Below, one piece after another: positions 39,574-52,082 of a DNA stretch of 64,000 bases. The stretch comes from Antedon mediterranea. Its lineage: Eukaryota; Animalia; Echinodermata. The stretch is from positions 21,672,912 to 21,736,911 of the forward strand of contig NC_092675.1 of NCBI RefSeq assembly GCF_964355755.1. Direction: 5' to 3'. The position numbers and the translations under genes are program-made. Each line of letters begins with the position of its first letter. Position 1 is the first letter of the stretch. Below the pieces are notes generated by a model, which had not been told where the DNA came from, ran no database searches, and saw only the letters and a list, made by a program, of their open reading frames with translations.

Positions 39574-40896
39574 CTAGATGGTACGCTCGCTTCGCTCGCG
39601 TACCATCTAGGTCGTGCCCACAGATGGTTCTCGAATACACAGTAATTTCAGCGTAACAAAACTGGCGATTTCAAATGTACGTACCGCAAGACTATAGGCC
39701 TATACATTGTCGTTTACAGAAACAAATAAATAGACACGATGATTTATCTAGTCAACTAAAATTAGCACCCTGGGAATTACTTCCGAAGGAGAAACTTATC
39801 ACAAAATGAGTCCAAGTTTTTGATTTGGACTCATTTAAAGAAACCCAATTTGTGTTTTGTATGTAACATTAGGGTTGAGGGATGGGAAAGTGGATAGGTA
39901 CAAAGAGGAACAATTTTTAAATATATTCTTTTATCCACTCAGTAACGAAATATTTTTTTCATGTTTTATAGGCCTATAAATAATATACCTCTAAATACAG
40001 TAAAACATTTGCGATTTAATACTTTTTTTATTTTATTTATTTATTTATTTATTTTAAATATTCATTGTACACTAATTTTCCCCGTGTATGGCAAGAGATT
40101 CCTAATTATATTAGAGAACATTCTTTATTTAGTTTAGTTAAAACTGTCACTGTCATAATCGATTGAAATATTAAAGTACCATGTCACGATACACCACTAC
40201 GACGTTTATATTTGGTAATTATTAATTAATACAAACGTTGAGAAAGAACTGTCAGTATAAAGTTTATTTGTATATAATAATGTGTTTATATATCTAACAG
40301 TAGAGCCTATCCACAATCTCGCAAGTTTATTCTCAAAGGGCCCATATATTTACCTACCGTATGTGTTAAACCAAGGGCTCATAAATTTACCTACAGTACT
40401 TGTGTTAAACCAAACTCTGGCAGACTGAGAGATTGGGATGTTCCATTCATCGCAAATCAATAGATTTGTATAATCGTATATTAAATCTATCAAAATAGTA
40501 TTTTTTAAAGAAAATCGGCCTGTCTTCAACATTATGATGGTGTACTCTAGCTGTTCAACCGGTTTTCAGCTATTAAAAACAATTATCGTAGGAGGAGATA
40601 GGAAAATGCGAAGCCTCCTCGCATTTTTGTGGCGGGTATTTTTCAAGACGGACATCCATTATACAGTGTATACCACGGTCGGAAAACACCCCTATTTGGG
40701 GCAAATCTTGGAACCTAAATTCGTTTTAACCGTCAATAACTTATTATCTAACTTAATTTAATTAGTAAACAGGGTTACATCAGGTGGTTAAAATCAGTAC
40801 CGAAAGTACGAACCAACTTTATATACCATCGAGTAAAAATTATAGAAGTAAGGCGCGATTTACCAAATTTTGCCCTTACGTAAATTTATATATAGA
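39574..40896 (-). mobile_element. Complete non-autonomous Helitron (~1.3 kb)
   Basis: Minus strand begins A|TCTATATATAAA (40896) and ends with hairpin CTAGATGGTACGC-GAGCGAAGCGA-GCGTACCATCTAG|T (39574): 5'-TC, 3'-CTAG, inserted between A and T, no TSD. Confidence 0.8.
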
Positions 40897-41643
40897 TGAC
40901 TTACTTATTATCATAATTTATTGTGTGAAATATGGCAAAATTATAAATGCATTTTTTAATAGTTTTATTATTAATTTTTCTTGTACATCTGCTGTTTCAG
41001 TACATTAGTTGTTGTAACTTTTTCAACTTGTATAATAATATATGTTTTTCAAATATAAGGAATATTTCTATGTAATAGATGTTATTACACTTTCAACAAG
41101 TTTAATCCTATTCTAATGGTTTTATCTACTTTCTTCAAATTCATTTGATAGCTTTAATACATGTCTTTCCACAAACTCATTTTGTTGAAGATCATATTAT
41201 TAGCCTTATTTGTCATTGACAATATTTGTAACATGCTCATCAGTTCGCTAATGACATTTTTACATGAAGATGGAAACTTGTCGTTAATTAAAGTCCTAGA
41301 ATTCCATCAGTTTATTTCTAACAGTAGTACTGTAAAGTAATTTTCTATAGAACCCCTATTAAGAGAACACCTTCGGGACCCAACAAAGTGTCACCTTAAT
41401 AGGGGTGTCTACGTGGTGTTAAAAAACATATATTTCCTCTCAGTCGTTTCACAGGGAAGTGTCCCTTGAATAGGGGTGTACCAAAAGTGCGTGGGAGAGG
41501 GATTTTACAGCATTAGATTCCCTACATATTTTTTTTTCAAATTATATATCTACATATCTACATATGATACATAAATTGATATAGTAGTTTAGTAGCTGTA
41601 TATTTAATGTACTCATAACTTCATTATTGCAATTAAATCATAA

Positions 41644-42895
41644 TCAAATGCCCCTTTAAAACTATCATTTTACCTGCAATTATGAGCTCCACATTACGTC
41701 ATCAAATGCCCCTTTACAACTATCCTTTTACCAGCAATGATGAGTTCTATATTACATCATCAAATGCCCCTTTAAAACTATCATTTTACCTGCAATTATG
41801 AGCTCCACATTACATCATCAAATGCCCCTTTACAACTATCATTTTACCTGAAATTATGAGCTCCACATTACATCATCAAATGCCCCTTTACAACTATCCT
41901 TTTACCAGCAATGATGAGTTCTATATTACGTCATCAAATGCCCCTTTACAACTATCCTTTTACCAGCAATGATGAGTTCTATATTACGTCATCAAATGCC
42001 CCTTTACAACTATCCTTTTACCAGCAATTATGAGCTCCACAGTACATCATTAAATGCCCCTTTACAACTATCCTTTTACCAGCAATTATGAGTTCTATAT
42101 TACGTCATCAAATGCCCCTTTAAAACTATCCTTTTACCAGCAATTATGAGCTCCACATTACATCATCAAATGCCCCTTTACAACTATCCTTTTACCAGCA
42201 ATTATGAGTTCTATATTACGTCATCAAATGCCCCTTTACAACTATCCTTTTACCAGCAATTATGAGCTGCACACTACGTCATAAACTGCCCTTTGCAAAC
42301 TATCCTTTACCAGTAATGTTGAGTTCTACATTACATCATCAAATGCCTCTTTACAACTATCCTTTTCCCTTTACAACTATCCTTTTACCGGCAATTATGA
42401 GCTCCACACTACTTCACCAAATGACCTTTCCAACTATCCTTTACCAGTAATGATGAGTTCTACATTATGTCATCAAATGCCCCTTTACAACTATCCTTTT
42501 ACCAGCAATTATGAGCTCCACACTACGTCATCAAATGCCCCTTTACAACTATCCTTTTACCAGCAATTATGAGCTGCACACTACGTCATCAAATGCCCTT
42601 TGCAAACTATCCTTTACCAGTAATGTTGTTCTACATTACATCATCAAATGCCCCTTTACAAACTATCCTTTACCAGCAATGATGAGTTCTACATTACGTC
42701 ATAAAATTCCCCTTTACAAACTATCCTTTACCGGCAATGATGATCAGTTCTACATTATTTCATCAAATGCCCCTTTACAAACTATCCTTTACCAGTAATG
42801 TTGAGTTCTACATAATACGTCATAAAATGTCCCTTTACAACTATCCTTTACCGGCAATGATGAGTTCTACTACGTCATCAAATGCCCTTTTGCAA
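41644..42895. repeat. Minisatellite, 58-bp unit, ~21 copies
   Basis: TCAAATGCCCCTTTACAACTATCCTTTTACCAGCAAT... at 41644, 41702, 41760, 41818 etc. Confidence 0.95.
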
Positions 42896-43936
42896 TGTTG
42901 TCCTTACCACATATACATATAATGTCTTATGAATTCCAGTTTCAATCACGATCTACAAATAGAATGATGCATTCTCCAGGAAAGCCCTGGCAGACATTCT
43001 TTAGATGCGAGTCAAGTCCATTTAACTTAAGTAGAAAAAAAAACTAGTAGTATTTCTTAGAATAGAAATATCTAGTTGTCGTGTGTGCAGTTCGTTACCC
43101 TGAATCATCAGTCCAAGATACTGTAATCTGTTCTGTGACTCAATCTTCTCTCCTTCTCAGTTGAATAACACGATCTTTAAATATAATTGAAGTCAGTTAT
43201 TAACTTATAATCATTGTAACTTAACTCATTTGAAAACCTCAACCTTGTTTCTTTTTAGTTAGTTTAAATATAATACACCAAATTATGTATAAAATATTAT
43301 ACAAATAATGTCATTAAGGTGAAAATAGAACATTTCATCTTTAACAGAATGAAATGATTTGCCCCATTGCACGAATATAAACATTCATTATTTAATGTAA
43401 CAAGGCTGCCAGGTGTGTTATAATACCAAATATTTTTTTTATTTTATGTTCACAAATAGTAGCTCCCCCAGATTCTAAACAGTCTGAACCAGACCTTGTA
43501 CATAACACTGAATCAGTGCATTCTTTCTGTCAAAAACATGTTTGACAGACACGCAGCTTATTGTTTACGGCAGACGCACAGCAATCTTTGCAACAGACGA
43601 TCAAAGTATAGAACAATTAAATGTATTGTTGGAATAATCTGAATCGTTTCTGCTTGAAATATATAAATTCCTATCATTTCAGACCTTGACCGTGTTTTAT
43701 AATTGTGTGGGTTTTGTTTACATTTCATTTTTTTTTTTAAAGAGAATTCTCCTTCATGCATATATCGAGGTGACTTAACACCTACCTAATGACGTTTGAG
43801 ATTTATACCACTAATAATTGTACAAATTAGTGAATATATTTGTGCTGTATAGATGGTATTTTACTTTCCAAAAGGCATTAGTAGTAGTTGGGCTGGTGTT
43901 TGTTGTTGAATATTTGGATTACAGAATTGCATAAAA

Positions 43937-44004
43937 ATGGAAATTATAGATATAGTTAAAGAAGTTTTAGGACAACAGTTTAATGATCTGTTTAATGGAA
44001 ATGG
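43937..44004 (+). CDS. Candidate alternative first coding exon of MELK (MEIIDIVKEVLGQQFNDLFNGN+G)
   Basis: aaaATGG start, 22 open codons + 2 nt, donor GG|GTAAGA in phase 2 matching acceptor 55564. Confidence 0.55.
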
Positions 44005-44211
44005 GTAAGAGTATTTTCATTTTAGTCATCTATATAATATTTACATATGTTTCAGACTGTTAAGAGAATGGGTTAAGGTATAAAGTATTCAAGACTATAT
44101 AGTTGTAACCTTTGATTGTTCTCACTCCATACCGTCCTGAAATGCAAATTTGGGTAGTCATTGGATGCTAACAATGCTGTACGAGATTAAATCCAAATAA
44201 ATGCTGGGCTA

Positions 44212-44302
44212 AAGCTTGGTTCCCACTAGGATGCAACACAACGACATAAGCTGCAATGTTGGCTTATATCCTTATGTTGCATACTAGTGTAAACTAAGCT
44301 AT
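44212..44302. mobile_element. Short Harbinger-like MITE
   Basis: AAGCTTGGTTCCCACTAG ... CTAGTGTAAACTAAGCT inverted ends; related AGTGGGAACCAA at 49548. Confidence 0.55.
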
Positions 44303-47089
44303 AACAAGTTGAAAAGAAAAATTAAAGTTTATTTCCATACAGAAAAGTCTGCAAATAAAGAGTTTTTCTTATGAAATGTACCTGTGCCAGTATCCTAATA
44401 TCGGAAAGTGGGTTATCTGGTGTGGAGACCCTCTACAAAACATTACTAGGATTGAACTCTACTCACTTTCTACTGCTTATGTATAGAATCACCCAGAACA
44501 ACCCTAGAAAATGTGCTTATAATTCGTCTCAGGATTGTTCAAATGTATGTGAATGCATGTAAATTCCCAACCCAAATACTTCACATAGGGTCAATTTATT
44601 TTATGTTGAAAAAAAAATAAGTTGGTTTTTGTAACTAGGTAATTATTTCAACCTATATGCATGATCAGCCCACGGTTTATTCTCGTTTTTTTTTAAATGT
44701 CACATCAATTGATTATGTAATTCAATCACATCTGTCCTCAAAACGTTCTGGTAATTCGTTCCTAGCTGTTTATATTATAATTTAGCCTCAATGCTTTAAT
44801 AATAAATTATAATTTTAGGATTTTTTTTCACTTTATTAAGTACAGGTCAATTGTAAATAGTATATTTTCTTTAATATCAATTAATAAATCAATAAAAATA
44901 ATTTAAAATATTTCTCATAGTCAAACAACAACAATTGCACCTGCTTTGAGTACACACTGAATGACGGTCATTCATTTTGTTCATTTTAAAATTGTATATA
45001 CAGTAATTTCAAATCGTCATAGCTTCTGTTTGCAATCTTCAATCTGTTACGATTACGATTTGTTATGTAATTTTAAGACAAACCGAGAGGTTGACATTAT
45101 TACATTACATTTACTCAACTGCAGTTACTGCAGTTACTGCAGTGAATACATTATGTTGTGTACTATACTATAAACCTGTTATTCAATTATTTAAAGATTT
45201 TTTTTATTATAAACTTCTACATTGAAAGAATAAAATCATCAACATTGCGAATGTGAATAAATGACAACATAAAACAAACTGCAAAAACCATTTACTGAGA
45301 TCGTTTAGAAAAACATTTCAATTAGGTTAACATTAAAGGCAACATGCTCTAACAAACTTTCAGCTAATTGCACCCTGTAGTGTTCAGAGAATAATTAAAG
45401 TAAATAGCTATCTAGGTTCTAATTTGATTGGCTAGTTCATTCGGTGTAGACAGGTTTTAATTTGTCTACTCTGTAAACAATCAAGGTTGATAGCAGGGTA
45501 AATGGTAAGTTATTATTCTTATAACTAGGTAACATGCATGAGCTATAAACCACAGACATGAATCTCACAGCTGGCTTACCATCAGCCTGGCCGCCGCATA
45601 AGTGGGCAATGTACTTGTCTTCGTGTTTTTATGTCAGGCGTATGGATAATAAGCGTTTCTATTGAACTGCCACGGAACTAAATTCAAAGAAATATGGATT
45701 TCAACTTATATTATTTTATTTATATTTAAATGCTACCAATTGACTCCTGTTGAACCAAATAGGATATTATCTGGGAAAAACAAATGTATATGAAAACTAA
45801 ACTTCGTGGAACGGTTTAAGCTATACTTAAGAGTTTAATATTATTTGAAAAATAGTGTACTATATTATTTCTTCTTACAGATTGCAAAAACGTGTAAAGT
45901 TTTGTAAAGTATAACAGGATTAGTTTAGAATTTAGTAATGTTAAATATGAAGTAGTTGGAAATGAAAGAAAATGTAATTAAATGTATACAAGATACAGAT
46001 CAATCATATATTGATGTAAAACATTCTAATTAGAAAATACAAATATATAGAATTACATTTAAAGCTTTAGTATTTAAGTAAAATATTCAATCCCTTTGAG
46101 AGATTGTAATGATTATTGTAAATGGATGTTTCACAGAAATCAAGATTCACAGTTTCATTACAGAGTACGTGCTGGATACCACATCTGGTTATTCTCCTGT
46201 GGGGAGGAACAATAAATATTATCGTTTATTTGATCCATCACTAAATGTTTCCGTCACATTTCATTCTCTCTGGTGACAAGTTTCATGAACACGTAGCTTG
46301 GCAGTGCTAATTTCTATGTATATATATTTTGTTAACGTTTATTTAATCGTTAAAATTGATACCAGGGCATTGACATTCATTTTGAGAAAGTGTTTGACTG
46401 TAATAGAACAGCTTTTTGCCTTTTAAATTTAGTTTTAGAACCATTTTCCCCTTTTCTCCTGTTTTTATTGTTTTCAAAATGATTTGATTTATAAATGATT
46501 TAGGAATGTTATATCAGTATGATTAATTTGAATTAATCTAATGGTTTTGATAGACAAATTAAATATTAGATAGTACAGCATTGTAGACTAAATCGAAGTT
46601 GTTAAATGTCAACACTCCCACCTGCTTTATATTTTAAGATGATTAACAATTTACTAATTTTAAAAACTTGATAAAAATAAATTAGATAAAATAAATTGAA
46701 ATGTCAATTGTCTACGTTAAAGGTCATTCCATTAAAAAGGAGGACTGGTTTCCATTCAATTTACTCTTTTTTTTAAAAAAGAGACCAATAAAAATAACGA
46801 AAATACAGATGAAAAATGTCGTCAAACTACATTCTAAGTAAATGTTGAATTAAAAAAAAACATTATCATCCTGTCCTGACTATTCGGTAAGTTATCGCAA
46901 GCCACTAGCCGAGTAAAATACCACCACACGCACTAAATTACAAGTGTCATTATATCATATGTTGTTTTTCAAGTCAATATGAATTTCCAATCAAAACATA
47001 CATTCATACTGTATATCTATGGACAGGAATGTCTGTGCACGTTCACTCAAATCGAAAAGTCCCTATTAACCGAGTCGAACTGTTAATTT

Positions 47090-47319
47090 TACCAACCACT
47101 GCCTATTCCAAGTAAACTTACCATGGTCTTGGTTAAACCATGGAGGTATTTTAGTAATTAATACGTCCATGGTGAAACTACTGTACCATGCAACTGTTAT
47201 ATCTAAAACATGGTAAAAATGAACTGAATTATCCAAGTGTGGTGACAAAAATCGCTTTGGGTAAAGTTTACCATGGTAAAATGTATTCATTGTTAAAGTC
47301 CAGTGTGAACAAGGCTTTA
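47090..47319. mobile_element. MITE fragment (Harbinger-like right end) with repeated ACCATGGT motifs
   Basis: Multiple CCATGG palindromes ending in CCAGTGTGAACAAGGCT-TTA. Confidence 0.4.
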
Positions 47320-47926
47320 GGAAGTCCAAAAATAGACAGGTGTACTCAAATGTTGGCAATATTAATGTGAACTAATTTTTTAATATTTTCTTGTACTTTT
47401 CCCAAATATATCAACCTCGTTTCATGATAACTCTTTACATTCTCGGTATTTCAAAAAACATTATATTAATCAATTAATCAATCAATTAGAACTTACTGAA
47501 CACTCTAGAAGTGTCATTATTGATACGTTAATTTAAAATTAATTATACTGTTGAAAGGTCATTTGCAGGTCAGACTATTAATTTCCATGACATACTCTTT
47601 ATTGAATTGGAGGTTAATATATTGCGATTTTAACGAGCAGGGGATACACAAACTGTCGGATAAAAATATGATAGTAGTGTTTGTGTTCGTGACAGCTTTA
47701 ACGATGTTTATTAGACTAATGGCGTAACGATTTGATACTTGGAAACTTCTTGACGACGCTCCCTTAGTAAATCTTGCTTAATAAATTTACAATTGTTCTC
47801 CTGAGACTAACAATCATAATGTGAGAGAATTTGATGTGCATTTCTTGATAATGTTTTATTACAGCCATCCACCCTTGGACTTAGGCCAGGGGATAGGCCC
47901 AAATAAAGGAATGCTTGTACTTCTAA

Positions 47927-48765
47927 GGCCCTGTTTCTGCTGCCAACTAAATACCGTATATTATACGGTATTTTTTGAATACCGTATATATACGGTATAT
48001 TTTTGGCAGCAGAAACTGCGCTCATAAAAAATATACCGTATTTTGTATACCGTATTTTCCCCACAAAATTTGTGGATAAAATACGGTATTTACAAATTTA
48101 TACCGTATTTTTTGTACCCGTTTCTGCTGCCAATAAAAAATACCGTATTTTTTTTTTACATGACAAAAGGTCAACATTCGTGTTTTTATTTTCTGTCGCT
48201 GTCAGCTGCTTTACACACGTGTATAGATATATTCGGCGAAAATGTGGAGCGAAGACGTCACAGTTTTACTAAATAAATGTGTGTGGGGAAGCTAAAATGT
48301 CTGGCCAACTAAAAGGTAATAAAAGGGACAACCACATTTATAAAGACATTTCTAAAAAAATAAAGCAGGAGTATGGAATAGACTTGTCTCCAAAGCAAGT
48401 AAACTCAAAGCTGAAGAGCCTGCGAAAGCAGTACACCATTGTAAAATACAATAACTCGGGGAGGGAACGAATTAATTGTCCCCATTACGATGTTTTCTGT
48501 GCTCTCACAACATCTCTATCACTAGGGCTAGGCTGTTGAAAGTGATACGTAAAATTTCCTTTATTGCGACTTTTAATTATCGATCAAATAAATGATAATA
48601 ATAATAATAATAATAATAAATGGGTAAAAAAGATGAAATTTAACACGACCACCCAAGAAGTATTATTAGCAGAAACGGGGTACTAAAAAATACGGTATAA
48701 AAAATACCGTATTTTATACCGTATTTTTATACCGTATTTTGAGCAGTTGCAGCAGAAACAGGCCC
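47927..48765 (+). mobile_element. PIF/Harbinger non-autonomous element, copy 2 (complete)
   Basis: TIRs GGCCCTGTTTCTGCTGC / GCAGCAGAAACAGGCCC (1 mismatch), TAA target duplication (47924-26, 48766-68). Confidence 0.9.
48242..48500 (+). pseudogene. Frameshifted Myb/SANT-like (trihelix) DNA-binding ORF remnant of the Harbinger element; same remnant at 6245-6500
   Basis: MWSEDVTVLL/(frameshift)NVCGEAKMSGQLKGNKRDNHIYKDISKKIKQEYGIDLSPKQVNSKLKSLRKQY...NNSGRERINCPHYD fits the Myb/SANT-like pattern of Harbinger ORF1. Confidence 0.75.
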
Positions 48766-49331
48766 TAACACATACATTAATACAATAATAAACAGATAAG
48801 AGAAAAGATAATATGCTGTATGGTATGCTGTTTATAGGAAAACATGCTGTGCCACGGCAGTCTCTGAATATATACTCCCCTAATTTCATTCCAGATCCCA
48901 TCAATTTGCTGGGATAAAGCAATCAATCAAATATTGCATAAGTTGAACTTCAAGTCTGATTGAATGATATATTGTGATTAAGACTCTAAAGTCCAATTTT
49001 TATAACATAAACATTTTGATCATGTTAACAATCATGCAGCGTTCTCTTGCAGTTATATGGACATAATGATCAGGTAGTAATCTTTATTTTGACGTCATTA
49101 GGATTAAACATGTAAACTAAGGACTTGAATCTACAGTAACTACAAAAACATCAACCGCTTTCAAAGTGATTTGCAAATCTGCGTTCAATATCTCCCTAAA
49201 CGAAATCTGATTCCTTTATAGGATATCCTATGAAATGCAAACATTGAATTAAACAATTTTTGTGACGTTAACATACATAATATGGATCGTCATGATTATT
49301 GTACATTTCACAATGTAATACCCCCTCAATT

Positions 49332-49851
49332 CAGTGGTGCAGCCAGCGATGAAATCAAGGGAGGTCAACCAATATTTGAGTATAACAATGGACTGGAAGC
49401 TTTGGCGTTCCAGGTCAATCATCTAGATCATTTGAATCCGTTTATGCATGCACAAACAACAGAAACAACTTGATCATTCACAAGAAATTAATTATTCGAA
49501 CTGTATCAACCGCTTGTGTTGCATCAACATCCTTGCGTTGCTTCCCCAGTGGGAACCAACGCAAGGATGAGATTCACCCCCGCATACTTTTTTTCTGTTA
49601 CTTTAAATTAAACTGCCCGTAGCAATGTTTGCAGCACTGTTGCATCGACTGTTCCCGCTTGTGATTATGCACTACGGCACTTTGCATTGATATGTCATTT
49701 GTTTCTATTTTGTTGATAACAAGTTGATAAAAATTGTGATTTGAAGATTCGTTGTGAAGAGGACGTTGTATTCACAATTTTTTTTTTGCTAAAAAGTTAG
49801 GGTGGGGGGGCGGGTCAGGATCCCTGTGAACCCCCACTGGCTGCGCCCCTG
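49332..49851. mobile_element. hAT-like non-autonomous element
   Basis: CAGTGGTGCAGCCAG / CTGGCTGCGCCCCTG termini; CAATT on both flanks (49327-31, 49852-56). Confidence 0.65.
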
Positions 49852-51395
49852 CAATTAGATGTGATTACAATAGACCTTCTTCTAAAGGTACATGTTTGGG
49901 ACCCAACAAAGTGTCCCTTAATAGAGGTATCCTTGAATTGGTCTGGATTGTAGTGGTAATTGAATTTATGGTTATATGGTGTGTATCTAAATTAATGATT
50001 TATGCAATATTTACAGACTTTTCTTTTTTTTTCTGTGATTTTATTTATTTTTTAACCTAATCTAAAGGAATTGCTTTGAACTATCTCATTGCTTAACACT
50101 CACAGTCACGTACAGATTGTGGTAGTCATGCCTGGACTATTGACGTGTCATTAATTACGTTCTAATTGTCTTCAAAGTGAGGCTTAGCCATAACAGTGAG
50201 TGCGCAATATGATTTCTCGGTATACTGATTTGTTGGTTGACATCCGCGTTTTCTCAGAAACGCTGCTATTTGTTTATGTCTGCAGGAATGTTTTCTTTGT
50301 CATTATCTATATTACCTCCTTTTTATTGTATTAGTCTAGATTGTATACATGCTTAATTGAACAGGTCAAGGAATTCATAGGTTCATAATTTATTTCCATT
50401 TCATATAACACCTGAGCGCATCATTGCCATTTAATTTCGTGCCACGTGCCATTCGGTATTAGTTCTATCGCATGATAAAAGTATTATTTAATGGTTCTAT
50501 TACACTGAACTTTATAAAAATGTTTAAAGGTCGTGTGATGCAGGTTTTCAAAAATGCCATCTTCTACTCCATGTCCAAAATCGGAGTGCTCTCCTTTTAT
50601 TTCATTATTTGTAATTACTGAGTTTTATCTATGTAAGTACCGTTACTATAGTCTATTCAATAGAGAATTCTGTACTTATATCCCAATTGATTCCGGTTTT
50701 TTGTTTATTTAAATCTATGAAAATGGAGAGATATTTATTTGTTTTTTTATTATATTTTTATGTTATGATTTAATCCTACTAAATTAAGCTTCTTAATCCT
50801 TTAATTTATTAACTTCAATACTTGACAAATTTAAAACAACATGTATCAAAAGACAATTACGTCAAGCAAAAGACAAAAAATACATAGATAAGTGTATTTT
50901 TCTGTTACCATCCTAAAATTTCATACCCATTAACTTTTATTTCAGTAAACCAATATTGATAAATATTGGATGTGATATGAATATGGAAATATGATATCTT
51001 TTTGTATAGATAGAGAAAAGGAAAAGGAATTATGACATGTTTTTGTGTATATATTGTAATATTTGAAACCTTGCATATAATGTTGGTATTAAAGTCATTA
51101 GTGGGAGGTCCATTAATTCATGACCAGTTCAATTAAGATAGATGTTTTATGATTCGTCAATCCTATGATGCATAGTAATCTATCCAGCCAATAGGACAAG
51201 AGTATTTGTAGATGCAGTCAAGCATGATGTTTAAGTCTATGATCACACAATTTTGTATTTAAGACCGGACTGCATCGACTACGTTAACAACAGAGCGAAC
51301 ACATTTGGATTTATCAAACACTGAACTTTCTTCAATATTTGTTAGCAGTAATAATTGATTTTAACAAAGGTTAAAAAGTTGTAGGTCCTACAAAG

Positions 51396-51430
51396 ATGTT
51401 ATATCACAACCTCCTCATGAACACTGTCTT
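51396..51430 (+). CDS. Candidate alternative first coding exon of MELK (MLYHNLLMNTV+L)
   Basis: aagATG, 11 codons + 2 nt, TT|GTAAGT phase 2; ~155-nt ATG-free leader, TATTTAAG at ~51256 and AGCCAAT at 51186. Confidence 0.4.
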
Positions 51431-51589
51431 GTAAGTATTTTATCTTTTTCGTTTGTTGCTTCCAAATCATTTTATTGTATTTAATGTAAGATTGGCTTTT
51501 ATTTATATGTTGTTATATTCTGCCACTCATAGTGCAGATAAATCTAATTTTTAGGGGCACAATTCTAGTGTTTCACATTCACACTTATA

Positions 51590-52082
51590 AAGGTACTGTC
51601 TAATAGTAGTGGCACTGCCGGAGATTGAAGATACAGTAGATACTTTATGGTGAAGATGGGCAATGCCACAGAGAAAGGTGCATATGGAAAAACTGCCAAA
51701 ATGCAGACACAGTAGGTACTTTCTGGTGATAGTGGCACTGCCACAGAGAAAGTTGCCTTTTACTGGTGGCAACACTGCCAAAATTCAGATAAAGTAGGTA
51801 CTTTCTGGTGATGTCGACACTACCACAGAGAAAGGTACATTCTACTGGTGGCGAGACTGCCAAAACGCAGATACAGTAGGTACTCTCTGGCGATGTCGAT
51901 ACTGCGACAGAGAAAGGTACATTCTACTGGTGGTGGCACTGTCAAAACTACAGATATAGATGCATTGTGGGGTGGAAAAGACAATACTTTACGTTCTATG
52001 GCTAATGGTAGTGGCACAACCAGAATGCAGATAGAGGTACTTTCTGCTGGCAATGTCACAATAGAGAAAGATACAGTAGACA
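51590..52082. repeat. Degenerate minisatellite, ~82-bp unit with two related halves
   Basis: AGTAGGTACT at 51711, 51793, 51875; recurring GGCACTGCC and AGAGAAAGGTAC. Confidence 0.8.

Noticed and set aside
41644-42895. CRISPR-like appearance of regular repeats (also 18085-18552, 56279-57330)
   Set aside because: No unique spacers, no cas genes, eukaryotic spliced context.
50554-50632. ATG...T|GTAAGT candidate exon; similar cases at 11264-11275 and 45502-45504
   Set aside because: Phase 1 or 0; incompatible with the MELK frame.
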